A stretch of 64,000 nucleotides of DNA. Origin: Candidatus Bathyarchaeota archaeon. Lineage in GTDB: Archaea > Thermoproteota > Bathyarchaeia > Bathyarchaeales > Bathycorpusculaceae. Position 1 is the first letter of the stretch; each line of letters begins with the position of its first letter. Positions 20,259-29,557 of the stretch are shown in pieces. Location of the stretch: NCBI GenBank assembly GCA_963780185.1, contig CAWABA010000007.1, positions 32,001-96,000 on the forward strand, read 5' to 3'. Under the pieces are notes generated by a model. That model did no database searches. It was not told where the DNA came from and worked only from the letters and a program-made list of their open reading frames with translations. The position numbers were made by a program, and so were the translations under genes.

Positions 20259-20795
20259 CTACGTCAGGTCTTTTCCAAGTTTGAACGCTTCCATAAGCGT
20301 CTGAGGCTGCTCTTTTACTTCTGCCCTTCCCGAAGCTTTCGGCAGCAATTTTCCAACTAAATCCACGCCTAAATACTTGAAGGACAGCTTAAACATGCCA
20401 ACAGCGAATTTGCATGCGTCTGCTCCCTCCTCGGAAGGAATCACTAAAACCGCTCTTTTCCCTTTCAGCTTTCCCGACGCCACGAATGGACGCAGTCTAT
20501 CCAACAGAAGCTTCATCTTCGCCGTGGGTCCGTACCAGTACAGCGGGGTTCCGAAAACTATAACGTCGGCTTCTTCCAGCTTTCGGTAAAGCGTCTGCAT
20601 GTCGTCGCCAAGTGCGCATTTGTAGTTGCCTGTTTTGCATGCCTTGCAGTCCACGCAGGGCGCAATGTCAACGTTATAGAGGTAAACCTTGCTTGCACTG
20701 TGATTGTTTGCTGCCGCGCCTTCTATGATCGCGTTCACAAGCAGGTCAGTGTTGCTGCCTTTTCGTGGGCTGCCGACTAAAGCCAGTATATTCAC
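20259..20795 (-). CDS. iron-sulfur flavoprotein / NADPH-dependent FMN reductase family
   Basis: GSPRKGSNT, CxxCxxC....C, DDM, GTP.YW. Confidence 0.88.
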   Translation of the reverse strand: MNILALVGSPRKGSNTDLLVNAIIEGAAANNHSASKVYLYNVDIAPCVDCKACKTGNYKCALGDDMQTLYRKLEEADVIVFGTPLYWYGPTAKMKLLLDRLRPFVASGKLKGKRAVLVIPSEEGADACKFAVGMFKLSFKYLGVDLVGKLLPKASGRAEVKEQPQTLMEAFKLGKDLT

Positions 20796-20857
20796 GAATA
20801 TCGCCTCGTTTCACATAGATCGAAGCCTCAAATTTAAAGATGCACAACCAGCGTCGG

Positions 20858-21136
20858 CTAGTAGGCAACGTTAAAATTTCTAAATTCACCCGAAGCCTTC
20901 TCAAATTCTACCGCAACATTCGTTACCTGAGCGCCACCTGGACCCTTCTTGCAGAAATCCACCAACGCGTTTACGTCGGCTGCTTCGCCTTCAAAAACCG
21001 CTTCCACCCTGCCATCCTCCAAGTTACGAACCCAACCCCGAACCCCACGGCTTTCCGCCTGCCGCTTAGTTTTTTGCCTAAAGAAAACCCCTTGAACCAA
21101 GCCGCTGACAAACACATGCGCCCTAACGTTAGCCAT
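20858..21136 (-). CDS. acyP: acylphosphatase
   Basis: GLVQGVFFR, GWVRNL.DGRVEAVFEG. Confidence 0.95.
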   Translation of the reverse strand: MANVRAHVFVSGLVQGVFFRQKTKRQAESRGVRGWVRNLEDGRVEAVFEGEAADVNALVDFCKKGPGGAQVTNVAVEFEKASGEFRNFNVAY

Positions 21137-21210
21137 GAATCTTACTCAAATTATACTGATTTGACCAAATTTAAAAATCTAATCAAGAAAAAAGGAAAAG
21201 AAAGCTGAGT

Positions 21211-21666
21211 TTACCACATTTTGATTTTTTCGCCCACGGTGTACAAGAATAGGCTAGCTGAGGGTGCGCCGATGTGTTTGAATTTGCTGGTTAGGTCTTT
21301 TACTGCTGCGTCGTAGTTGTTGGATTTGTCTAAGCTGTCTATGTAGGCTTGGAAGGATCCGAAGTGTTCTTTTATGGCTTTGAATCCTTGTGCGTTGTAG
21401 ATGATTGCTTCGACTTTGGATCGGTTCCGAACTATGCCTTCATCCTTCAAGAGGCGTTCAACGTCTGAGGCGGTGAAGCATGCAACTTTGTCTATGTTAA
21501 AATTCGCAAAAGCCCTCCGTGTTGTCGGCCACTTGTTGTCGATTACATGCCAGTTTAAGCCTTCTTGAAAAATCACTCGGCACATGTTCTCAAAGTAGGT
21601 TTCGTCGTTGGCTGGGCGGCTTCCTCGGTACCACCAATCGGGCATCTGCCAATGTTGCTCTTGCAT
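21211..21666 (-). CDS. DNA-3-methyladenine glycosylase I-like protein
   Basis: FQ.GLNW..I..K, AFANF, GIVRNRSKVEAII.NA. Confidence 0.82.
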   Translation of the reverse strand: MQEQHWQMPDWWYRGSRPANDETYFENMCRVIFQEGLNWHVIDNKWPTTRRAFANFNIDKVACFTASDVERLLKDEGIVRNRSKVEAIIYNAQGFKAIKEHFGSFQAYIDSLDKSNNYDAAVKDLTSKFKHIGAPSASLFLYTVGEKIKMW

Positions 21667-21683
21667 GAAATTAACTCCGAAGT

Positions 21684-22112
21684 TTACTTCCATTCCCAGA
21701 TTGTAATGTTAAGTTCGGTCCACATTGGGTCTGTCGATTCAAAAGTGACAACCGCTATCGTGTCGTTGAGCCAGCCTAGCTTTTCTGACATTGTCATGAA
21801 CGTCCACAACCCTACGCTTGTCGGGTTCTTGCTTGGTGTCATCATCTTCATCAGAGAAACTCCTTTCACTATTCCCATGTCGCCAGTCATCGTCATGAGC
21901 ATTCCCTGGTCTTTAGACCAAGCTACGCCTTTAGGCGGAGTCATGCTCTTACCCGTCACGTTTAACATGCAATCTACTCCTTTAGCTTTCCCCGTGCCTT
22001 TCATCTGAGCCGTCCACGTGTAGACCTGAGTAACGCCTTCCATTCCGACTGATTTTATGAAGCCTGCGCCACTTTTTCCTTTGCCTTCCCAAAGTTTTTC
22101 GCCAATCGCCAT
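21684..22112 (-). CDS. hypothetical beta-rich protein
   Basis: MAIGEKLWEGKGK..., preceded by GAGGTGA; in an operon with the tag-like gene. Confidence 0.7.
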   Translation of the reverse strand: MAIGEKLWEGKGKSGAGFIKSVGMEGVTQVYTWTAQMKGTGKAKGVDCMLNVTGKSMTPPKGVAWSKDQGMLMTMTGDMGIVKGVSLMKMMTPSKNPTSVGLWTFMTMSEKLGWLNDTIAVVTFESTDPMWTELNITIWEWK

Positions 22113-22281
22113 TTTTTTCACCTCACACATAGACTCTCCCTTTTATTTTGAATTTAAGCACTTGTGGTTGCCTGTACACTACAACACTTTAGGCATTTTG
22201 CGCCCTTCACTTTCAGTTACCCCTCTCCTACCCCAAACAGTCGCTTCATAGCTTTCTTTAAAAGAAGTTTAGGCGGAATGG

Positions 22282-22635
22282 ATGCTGGAGACTGTTATGT
22301 TCAAAGAAACCAACGGGAAACTGATGATTTACGCCTCAAGCGGCGCACCCCACCGGAAACGGTTAGAGTCAGTTACAACTGCCACACAGCAGACAGCTAA
22401 ACGGCTAAAACTAAACTTCGAAATGAAAAAGCTCCATGGACCTGCAACGCCGATCTACGTTTACTATGAAGATGACGGCGACGATGAGCCTATCCCGCTT
22501 TACTGTGATGAAGGAAAATTGTCTGGTTTAGACGAGATAAGCTCAACTTTGAGAAGCATGATGTTTGTTCTGTCTTTCCATCCTAAGCATGCTGCGCTGC
22601 GGCACATGAGGAAAGAAATTCTTAAACTTTCCTAA
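22282..22635 (+). CDS. hypothetical protein
   Basis: Coding-like ORF filling the gap; PIYVYY, MFVLSFHP. Confidence 0.6.
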   Translation: MLETVMFKETNGKLMIYASSGAPHRKRLESVTTATQQTAKRLKLNFEMKKLHGPATPIYVYYEDDGDDEPIPLYCDEGKLSGLDEISSTLRSMMFVLSFHPKHAALRHMRKEILKLS

Positions 22636-22945
22636 AGCTAATCGCTTGATTTTGCAATGCGACTTCGTAGACTTGGTTTACGTCGAAGCTTATTCCTAAA
22701 CTGTCGTATTCTTGCTCAGTTAGGAACAGAATGATTTTCGGCGTGGCAAGCTGGGTTTTCTGCGGCAGGAAGGGCATTTGCTGCTGTAACGCTTGCATGA
22801 TGTCCTGAGCCATCTTTGCCTCGTCAGTTTGGGGTCTTAGAACGTATGGGTTGAGTTCTCGCTCTTCCAGTAACTCGATTCTTTTTCCTAGGTTGCCGTC
22901 TAGGTCGCGGTTTGACTCGATTTTGTTGACTCTTACACGGAACAT
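22622..22945 (-). CDS. arcadin-1-like protein
   Basis: KRIELLEERE and PKIILFLTEQEY..LG..FDV.QVYEV resemble Pyrobaculum arcadin-1 as recalled. Confidence 0.7.
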   Translation of the reverse strand: MFRVRVNKIESNRDLDGNLGKRIELLEERELNPYVLRPQTDEAKMAQDIMQALQQQMPFLPQKTQLATPKIILFLTEQEYDSLGISFDVNQVYEVALQNQAISFRKV

Positions 22946-22977
22946 TCAGGTCACTTCTTACTTAGCAGATACCATGG

Positions 22978-23439
22978 TCACACATTTAATGTTTGCACCA
23001 ACTGCAACGCAGTTTCCCTGTCAAGAAATCTTCCCGTGCCGAAACCGCGAAGGGACCCCAGAAGCTTCGAAACCTCAACGGAAGGTTTGGGACTTGCGGC
23101 TTCAACGAGGTTGCTGAACCGAATGAAAGTCATCTTTAGTCTGCCGTCAGCGAACGTTTTGTATGCGTCGAACGATTCAAAGCAGCTTTCGCCGCCGTAT
23201 TGCGCCCATAAATCCTCAACGTTCCCAGCTATACGTTCAACAAAATCGGCGGAGCCTAAAACCTGCTTCTTTCCAACCACGTAAAACAGCAGCTTCTTAG
23301 CCTGTTTAGGTCCAACCTGATTTTTCCTCACAAAAGCCTGCGCCTTAGAGGTGTCTTTGCCTTTGCGGCAGAAGGTTTCCCAATATTTTTTGTCAACAAT
23401 AAGCATGTAAGCGTAGCGTTCGTTCTCCACGTTTGCCAT
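22978..23439 (-). CDS. hypothetical protein, possibly EVE/PUA-like (DUF365-like)
   Basis: KLLFYV....K.VLG.A, LW..YG.ES....F..Y pattern. Confidence 0.55.
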   Translation of the reverse strand: MANVENERYAYMLIVDKKYWETFCRKGKDTSKAQAFVRKNQVGPKQAKKLLFYVVGKKQVLGSADFVERIAGNVEDLWAQYGGESCFESFDAYKTFADGRLKMTFIRFSNLVEAASPKPSVEVSKLLGSLRGFGTGRFLDRETALQLVQTLNV

Positions 23440-23502
23440 ATCAGCGATTCCTCGGATGCAACTTAAGGGAAGTTTGCAAATAACTTTTTCGTATGTTCCC
23501 CG

Positions 23503-24093
23503 CTACTCTGATGCTGGAGTAGAACCACTGTGCGTTTGCTTCTTGATTTCTTTAATTCGCTTATCGATAAGTTTTAGTTTTTCCTGCATCATTTTGAAAG
23601 CTTCGTAAGTGTGCTTTCGCTCTTGCTCTAAATATTTGAGGGTTTCTTCGCCGTCTGGCGTCTCTTTTAAGAAAGTTGTGAAGGGGGAAGGCATGTTCGG
23701 CATAACAATGATGGTCTCGATGTTGAGGACATCTCTGGCGAATTCTTGAAAAAGGTTGCGGATGTTATTGAAGATTTCAGCTTCTTTTACGATGGAGCGT
23801 CTTAGAATAAGCTCTCCTGACTCAGTGATTTTGTAAACTTTTATCTTGCGGTTTTTATTAAGCTGCCAGTCTCCTTCGATGTACCCTGATTTTTCTAAGT
23901 CGCGCAAGATAGGGTATACGCCTCCGGCGGTGGGTTGCCAAAAGCCCTTGGTGCGGCTGTTGATTTCCTTCATGATTTCATAGCCGTGGGATGGCTTCTT
24001 GTTGAGGAGGATTAGGACTCCCATGCGGATGTAGCCTTTTTGCGCTTCTTTCATCCAGTTTTCTGTTGTCTTTTCTTCAGTTTCCGAGGTCAT
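23503..24093 (-). CDS. PadR-family transcriptional regulator
   Basis: HGYEIMKEI, GGVYPIL..LEK.GYI, K.Y.IT..G. Confidence 0.92.
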   Translation of the reverse strand: MTSETEEKTTENWMKEAQKGYIRMGVLILLNKKPSHGYEIMKEINSRTKGFWQPTAGGVYPILRDLEKSGYIEGDWQLNKNRKIKVYKITESGELILRRSIVKEAEIFNNIRNLFQEFARDVLNIETIIVMPNMPSPFTTFLKETPDGEETLKYLEQERKHTYEAFKMMQEKLKLIDKRIKEIKKQTHSGSTPASE

Positions 24094-24139
24094 TAGTTTT
24101 CAAATCTATATTGTATTTGGGTAATACTTATATTTTACC

Positions 24140-24163
24140 GCAATATATTGCACTGAACAATAT
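24140..24163. promoter_or_regulatory. candidate PadR operator
   Basis: GCAATATATTGC palindrome overlapping ATATTG-N7-CAATAT between the divergent padR and ABC genes. Confidence 0.5.
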
Positions 24164-24183
24164 TCAAGTATGGAGGAGCCAAA

Positions 24184-25209
24184 ATGGCAAGCGACTCGAT
24201 AATCGAAGTAAAAGAACTAACTAAAAAATTCGGCGAATTCACAGCCGTAGACGACATCTCATTTGATGTCAAAAAGGGCGAAATCTTCGGTTTACTAGGT
24301 CCTAACGGGGCTGGCAAAAGCACAACTCTGCGTATGCTCTCAACGTTGGCTCGCCCGACAAAGGGAACCGCAATAATAGGCGGCTACGACATCGTTAAAA
24401 ACGACACAAAAGTTCGCACCCTAATCGGCATAGTCTCAGAAAAAATGATTATGTACAACCGCTTAACCGCGAAGGAGAACCTGTGGTTTTTCGGCAGCCT
24501 CTTTAACATACCCAAAGATGTTTTAACCAAACGCATCGACGATCTCCTCGAACTGGTACAACTGACCAAGTGGAAAAACGCGCAGGTTGGCACTTTTTCA
24601 ACTGGCATGCGGCAGAGAATGAACGTGATTCGGGCGCTGCTTAACTTGCCTCAAGTGCTGTTTTTGGATGAGCCAACTTTAGGTTTAGATCCACAATCAT
24701 CGGTTGAAATTCGAGAATTCATAAGAAAACTCAACAAAGAAAACGGCACAACAGTTGTCTTAACCACCCACATGATGGTTGACGCTGACTTACTATGTGA
24801 CCGAATAGCCATTGTTGACCACGGCAAAATCGTGGCGCTTGACACTTCACCTAACCTCAAGAAGATTATCAATGGAGCAGATACATCTGTGATAAAACTG
24901 ACCGTACCTAATCTTTCTGCGCCTCTTGTAGCAAAAGTCCGGGCGCTTGGATGCGCAGACGCTGTTACCCAAGAGTCACCCACTGAACTCAAAATTCTAG
25001 GCCACGGCGTCGACGCCTTCGACGACATAATCGACGCCATACGGGCGAACGGCGGAAAAATAAGTTCCATGGAAAACCTGCAGCCAACCCTTGAAGACGT
25101 GTTCCTACACATTACTGGTCATCAAGTGCGAGACAGCGCAACTGAGAAGATTCCTATGGAGCAGGGGGGTCCTCAACGTTTTGGCCGAGCGCCAAATAGG
25201 ATACGGTGA
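24184..25209 (+). CDS. ABC-2 exporter ATP-binding subunit (DrrA-like)
   Basis: GPNGAGKST, FSTGMRQR, LFLDEPT.GLD. Confidence 0.93.
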   Translation: MASDSIIEVKELTKKFGEFTAVDDISFDVKKGEIFGLLGPNGAGKSTTLRMLSTLARPTKGTAIIGGYDIVKNDTKVRTLIGIVSEKMIMYNRLTAKENLWFFGSLFNIPKDVLTKRIDDLLELVQLTKWKNAQVGTFSTGMRQRMNVIRALLNLPQVLFLDEPTLGLDPQSSVEIREFIRKLNKENGTTVVLTTHMMVDADLLCDRIAIVDHGKIVALDTSPNLKKIINGADTSVIKLTVPNLSAPLVAKVRALGCADAVTQESPTELKILGHGVDAFDDIIDAIRANGGKISSMENLQPTLEDVFLHITGHQVRDSATEKIPMEQGGPQRFGRAPNRIR

Positions 25210-26414
25210 TTGATATGACTGCAAAAGGCATTATTTCTCATTCATTCAGAATCGCTTGGAAAGACCTGACTGAACTGTTCCGTAATCGACTTGGCTTGGT
25301 GCTGCTAATTGTGATGCCGTTGTTTATGATGGCTATGATTGGCTTTATCTATCCATCCAGCAACACCACAATAAGCAATATGCCTGTCGGCTTGGTGAAT
25401 CAGGATTCAGGATTCAATGGCGTAACTCAGCCAAGCCAATTCTTCAACAGTACATTGTATGGCATCAATAGTCAAACTCACATGCTGAAGCTTTCAATCT
25501 CCACAAGCATAGACGACATCAAATCTGATATTAAGAACAGCAAAATAGACGGCGGCATAATCATACCCAGCAACTTCTCAACCTGTATGATGAACGGAGA
25601 ACAAGGAACACTAATCATCATTACGGACCAGTCTAACCCGACGGTTTCCGCTGAACTGCAGGGCGCTTTGACAGGTGTTTTCGACGAGATGGGTACGGTT
25701 CTCGCACAGCATAACGTTCAGGGACTCTCAGCAGCCATAACAGCTAACGAGTCTCTGGCAGTAGTGCAACCCTACAACGTTAAAACGGAAGGGGTTGTCT
25801 CTGGAAACCCAAGTTACTTCAACTTCATTGCGCCAGGCATGGTTATGTTGACGGTTATGATGAGTGTCATGACTGGGTTGCCTGTGGCGATTTCTATGGA
25901 GCGGGAAGTCGGCACCATGGACGGCATGATGGTTGCCCCAATCAACCGGCTCTCCATCATCTTAGGCAAATCTATCGGGCAAACAGTCCGTGGTCTGCTT
26001 CAGGGAGTCATAATATTGGCTTTGGCTCTGGGAATATTCGGTGTTGTGATTCATGGAAGCATAATCATTGTGGCTGCGCTTCTGCTGTTAGGTGTGTTCT
26101 CGTTCGTTGGCTTAGGCATTGTGATGACTACGCTGGCTAAAGACCAAGAAACCGCGCAAATGATGATGATGACACTGATGTTTCCAATGATGTTCCTCAG
26201 CGGCGTGATGTTCCCACTGCAACAGATGCCATGGTACATGCAAGACATAGCCAAGTTCCTGCCGCTAACCTATGCTGCCGACGCCATGCGAAAAGTCATG
26301 GTGCTGGGCGCAGGGGTACCCGCCATCTCAACTGACCTAATAATCCTCATCGCGTTCGGCGCAATCATGATTGCAATCGCGGTTCCGCTGTTCAGAAGAA
26401 TGATGACACGGTAA
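25206..26414 (+). CDS. ABC-2 exporter permease
   Basis: TM helices, EREVGT, FLSG..FP...MP. Confidence 0.92.
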   Translation: MIDMTAKGIISHSFRIAWKDLTELFRNRLGLVLLIVMPLFMMAMIGFIYPSSNTTISNMPVGLVNQDSGFNGVTQPSQFFNSTLYGINSQTHMLKLSISTSIDDIKSDIKNSKIDGGIIIPSNFSTCMMNGEQGTLIIITDQSNPTVSAELQGALTGVFDEMGTVLAQHNVQGLSAAITANESLAVVQPYNVKTEGVVSGNPSYFNFIAPGMVMLTVMMSVMTGLPVAISMEREVGTMDGMMVAPINRLSIILGKSIGQTVRGLLQGVIILALALGIFGVVIHGSIIIVAALLLLGVFSFVGLGIVMTTLAKDQETAQMMMMTLMFPMMFLSGVMFPLQQMPWYMQDIAKFLPLTYAADAMRKVMVLGAGVPAISTDLIILIAFGAIMIAIAVPLFRRMMTR

Positions 26415-26678
26415 GCGGAGGCACATACACGAGTACACTATGCAACAAATGCCCCTTCTTCGGGTTCGCCCCAATAATAAGACGCAAGAACGCACGCAAA
26501 AGATGCCGCATCGAACCGCAGAGGCAACTGCGAATCTTCGAGTGCAAAGACTACCCTAAAAGAGAAAACCGCCGCTGAAAACGCGGTTTTTCCCGAATTT
26601 TTGAACTATTTTTTTGTGTCGTTTCCGTTACGGTTTTATATTCTGTAGCTGTAAAGACAGCGAAGAGTGGATACGTAA

Positions 26679-28121
26679 ATGTCTGATACTGGGGTCACCG
26701 TAAAGAAAGCAGATGACTTCTCTGAATGGTATGTGGAAGTCATCATGAAAGCTGGGTTTGCAGATTACGCGCCCGTCAAAGGCTGCATGATTATCCGCGA
26801 AGACGCCTACGCGATTTGGGAGAAAATCCAGGAAACATTCAACCAAAAAATCAAGGCGACAGGTCACCGCAACGTGTATTTCCCACTTTTCATCCCTGAA
26901 AGCCTCCTCAAAAAAGAGGCGGCGCACTTTGAGGGTTTTACGCCTGAAGTCGCTTGGATTAGCCATGGCGGCGACACGGAACTCGAGGAGAGGGTGGCTG
27001 TTAGACCGACTAGCGAAACCATAATGTACGCTACATTCGCCAAGTGGATTCGTAGCTGGCGCGACCTGCCCGTCAAAATCAACCAGTGGTGCAACATCGT
27101 GCGGTGGGAAACAAAATCCACCAGGCTTTTCCTGCGGACAAGAGAGTTCCTCTGGCAGGAAGGACACACAGCCCACGCCACCAAAGAGGAAGCCGAAGCA
27201 GAAGTCATGTATGCACTCGGCGAGTACAGGAACATAATGGAGAATTACCTCGCCATCCCCGTTATCGGAGGAGTCAAGAGCGAAAGCGAAAAGTTTGCTG
27301 GGGCAGTTTACACTACGTCGTTGGAGGCAATGATGCCTGACGGCAAAGCGTTGCAGATGGGAACCAGCCACAACCTGGGGCAGAACTTCGCAAAAGTCTT
27401 CGACGTCAAATACATCGGCGAAGACAAGCAGGACCATCTTGTGTGGCAAACCAGCTGGGGCATCAGCACAAGGCTGCTGGGAGCGATGGTTATGGTCCAC
27501 GGTGACGACAAAGGCTTAGTTTTCCCACCTAAAGTCGCACCGACCCAAGTGGTTGTTGTTCCAATTCCCTTCAAAGGACCCGAAGCCGCACTGGTAATTG
27601 CCAAAGCTAAAGAAATCGCGGAAAATCTCAAAGCAAAAGGATTCAGTGTCATCTTGGACGACCGAGAAGAATACACGCCTGGCTGGAAATTTCATCAGTG
27701 GGAACTCAAAGGCGTCCCAGTCAGAGTAGAAATTGGTCCACGGGACCTCAAACAAGGGCAAGCCGTACTGGTCAGGCGGGACACTGGTCAAAAAGTCCCA
27801 GTTAAAGAAGCAGACATCCCAGCAGCCGCGGAGAAGCTTCTGCAGGAAATTCAAGAAAACCTGTTCGCGAAAGCCAAAGCTTTGCTGCAAGAGAGCACCC
27901 ACACTGTGAGCGGCTACGAGGAATTCAAGAAAGTACTCTGTGACAAGGGCGGCTTTTTGAAGGCGGCTTGGTGCGGCAGCGCAGAATGTGAAGCCAAGAT
28001 TAAAGAAGAGACAGGCGCAACCATCAGGGTGTTGCCGTTCGAGAAAGAAGAGTTGAAAGGCGACTGCGTTTACTGCGGGCAGAAAGCTAAGGATACAGTG
28101 TACTTTGCACGGTCATATTGA
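26679..28121 (+). CDS. proS: proline--tRNA ligase (archaeal type)
   Basis: RPTSET, FLRTREF.WQEGHT, QMGTSH.LGQNF, C-terminal FARSY. Confidence 0.97.
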   Translation: MSDTGVTVKKADDFSEWYVEVIMKAGFADYAPVKGCMIIREDAYAIWEKIQETFNQKIKATGHRNVYFPLFIPESLLKKEAAHFEGFTPEVAWISHGGDTELEERVAVRPTSETIMYATFAKWIRSWRDLPVKINQWCNIVRWETKSTRLFLRTREFLWQEGHTAHATKEEAEAEVMYALGEYRNIMENYLAIPVIGGVKSESEKFAGAVYTTSLEAMMPDGKALQMGTSHNLGQNFAKVFDVKYIGEDKQDHLVWQTSWGISTRLLGAMVMVHGDDKGLVFPPKVAPTQVVVVPIPFKGPEAALVIAKAKEIAENLKAKGFSVILDDREEYTPGWKFHQWELKGVPVRVEIGPRDLKQGQAVLVRRDTGQKVPVKEADIPAAAEKLLQEIQENLFAKAKALLQESTHTVSGYEEFKKVLCDKGGFLKAAWCGSAECEAKIKEETGATIRVLPFEKEELKGDCVYCGQKAKDTVYFARSY

Positions 28122-28362
28122 CCGCGGGTTCACTTCGGGAGTTACCGTTTGCCCCAGGATGCTTAGCCTCTTCGCCTAAACCCAGCCGATCCAACATCCC
28201 TTGTCCTCATTCCTCGTTTATATCAGCCTCTTTTTCGGCAGTAATTACCCAACATGCCATTCACCAGAAACAAATTATTCGGTACGAGAACCAAAAAATA
28301 AAAAATCTGCTGAAAGGCAAAAGAGGGCTTTTCAACAGAGAAAGAAAAGGAGAGGTTAATCC

Positions 28363-29304
28363 TTACATGAGGGCAATCATTACTATGACTGCGGCGACAA
28401 TTACGGGCAGGAAAATCTGCGATTTCTTGTTGAACGATGTGGCTTGTTGCTTCTTGTCTTTGCGTGCCAAGGTCATGAGGTAGACTGCTGAGCCTATGTT
28501 GTAGAGGAAGAGTATGTAAACTCCGATCATCATTCGGTCCGCTAAGGTAAGGTATCCTGTGGGCGGGATGCCGCTGATAAGTGAGAGATGGAAGGCTGTC
28601 GCCGAAAGCAGGGTCGTTATGCCGAGCGCCATCTTTTGGCTGTAATCTTCTGCCGCTAACGCGAACGCTAAGAGGCTGATGCCAGTGATGATTGAGATGG
28701 GCAGCACACTCTTGATTACTCCTGAAATTAGCGGTCTGCTAAGCGTCACGGCGAATTGGGGACGACTGAATGCTTGGTCACCGTACGAATGGGTTAGAAC
28801 TGTTGAAGTGATGTTTCCTGTGTTCCATCCCGAGAGGCCGCCTGCTGGCTCAATGTATGAAGTTGGGTCGATGTCGTAGATTAGTTGTGTGTTATCGAGG
28901 TTTTCATGTTCGAGTTCTATGAAGAGTGTGTGGCTTTCAAAGGGGTAGTTGGTGAAGTCGAATGTTTTAAGGAAGGTGCCTGTTACACGGTATTCAAGGT
29001 ATCCGCTGCTTGCATCAATCTGCTTTATCGTCGGTTCGCCGTTGATGAACTCAAATTGAGCGACATCGCTGGCGTTGATCTGTTGTGGGTTGAAGTTGAA
29101 CCAGAGGTAGAAATCAATTTGGTAATTGCTGTTTGCCAAGTTGATTGATTGAATGTCGATGATGTATACTCCAACCTGTATGTGCATAGGCGTTGAAGTG
29201 CTAGATGCTGTATCGCTGGTTTGACCATGCACATCCAACGCTACGAAGGACATAGCAACTGCTAAAATCATGAATAACGCTAAAGTTATGGCTAATTTTT
29301 TCAT
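28363..29304 (-). CDS. pentameric ligand-gated ion channel homolog (GLIC/ELIC-like)
   Basis: Signal peptide, VGVYI.DI..I, DFYLW, FTNYPFESH Pro-loop, four TM helices with P..GYLT.AD. Confidence 0.8.
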   Translation of the reverse strand: MKKLAITLALFMILAVAMSFVALDVHGQTSDTASSTSTPMHIQVGVYIIDIQSINLANSNYQIDFYLWFNFNPQQINASDVAQFEFINGEPTIKQIDASSGYLEYRVTGTFLKTFDFTNYPFESHTLFIELEHENLDNTQLIYDIDPTSYIEPAGGLSGWNTGNITSTVLTHSYGDQAFSRPQFAVTLSRPLISGVIKSVLPISIITGISLLAFALAAEDYSQKMALGITTLLSATAFHLSLISGIPPTGYLTLADRMMIGVYILFLYNIGSAVYLMTLARKDKKQQATSFNKKSQIFLPVIVAAVIVMIALM

Positions 29305-29557
29305 GGTGATTACCTTTTTGGATTTTCACGCTTTTCATTGCGTTTTATTTAAGGCTAACTCCGCATGGCGAGAAAAATTATCAAGCGTTGTCTGAATCTG
29401 AGTATCAAGCGGCTTAGCCTTAGCTGGGAATTGGTCCATGGCATTGGAAAATTTAGCCTAAATTAACGTCGGCGACAAAGAGGCTTTCTAATCTTTGCTT
29501 CATTCTTAGGAACCTTTATTTTTTCCGTCGCAAGTGTTTGGTGGCAGGTAACATAAA

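Noticed and set aside
26628-27500. 290-aa minus-strand ORF
   Set aside because: Antisense to proS, with no recognisable motifs
28118-28360. GC-rich stretch and 121-aa ORF after proS
   Set aside because: No motif, convincing structure or second copy found by eye
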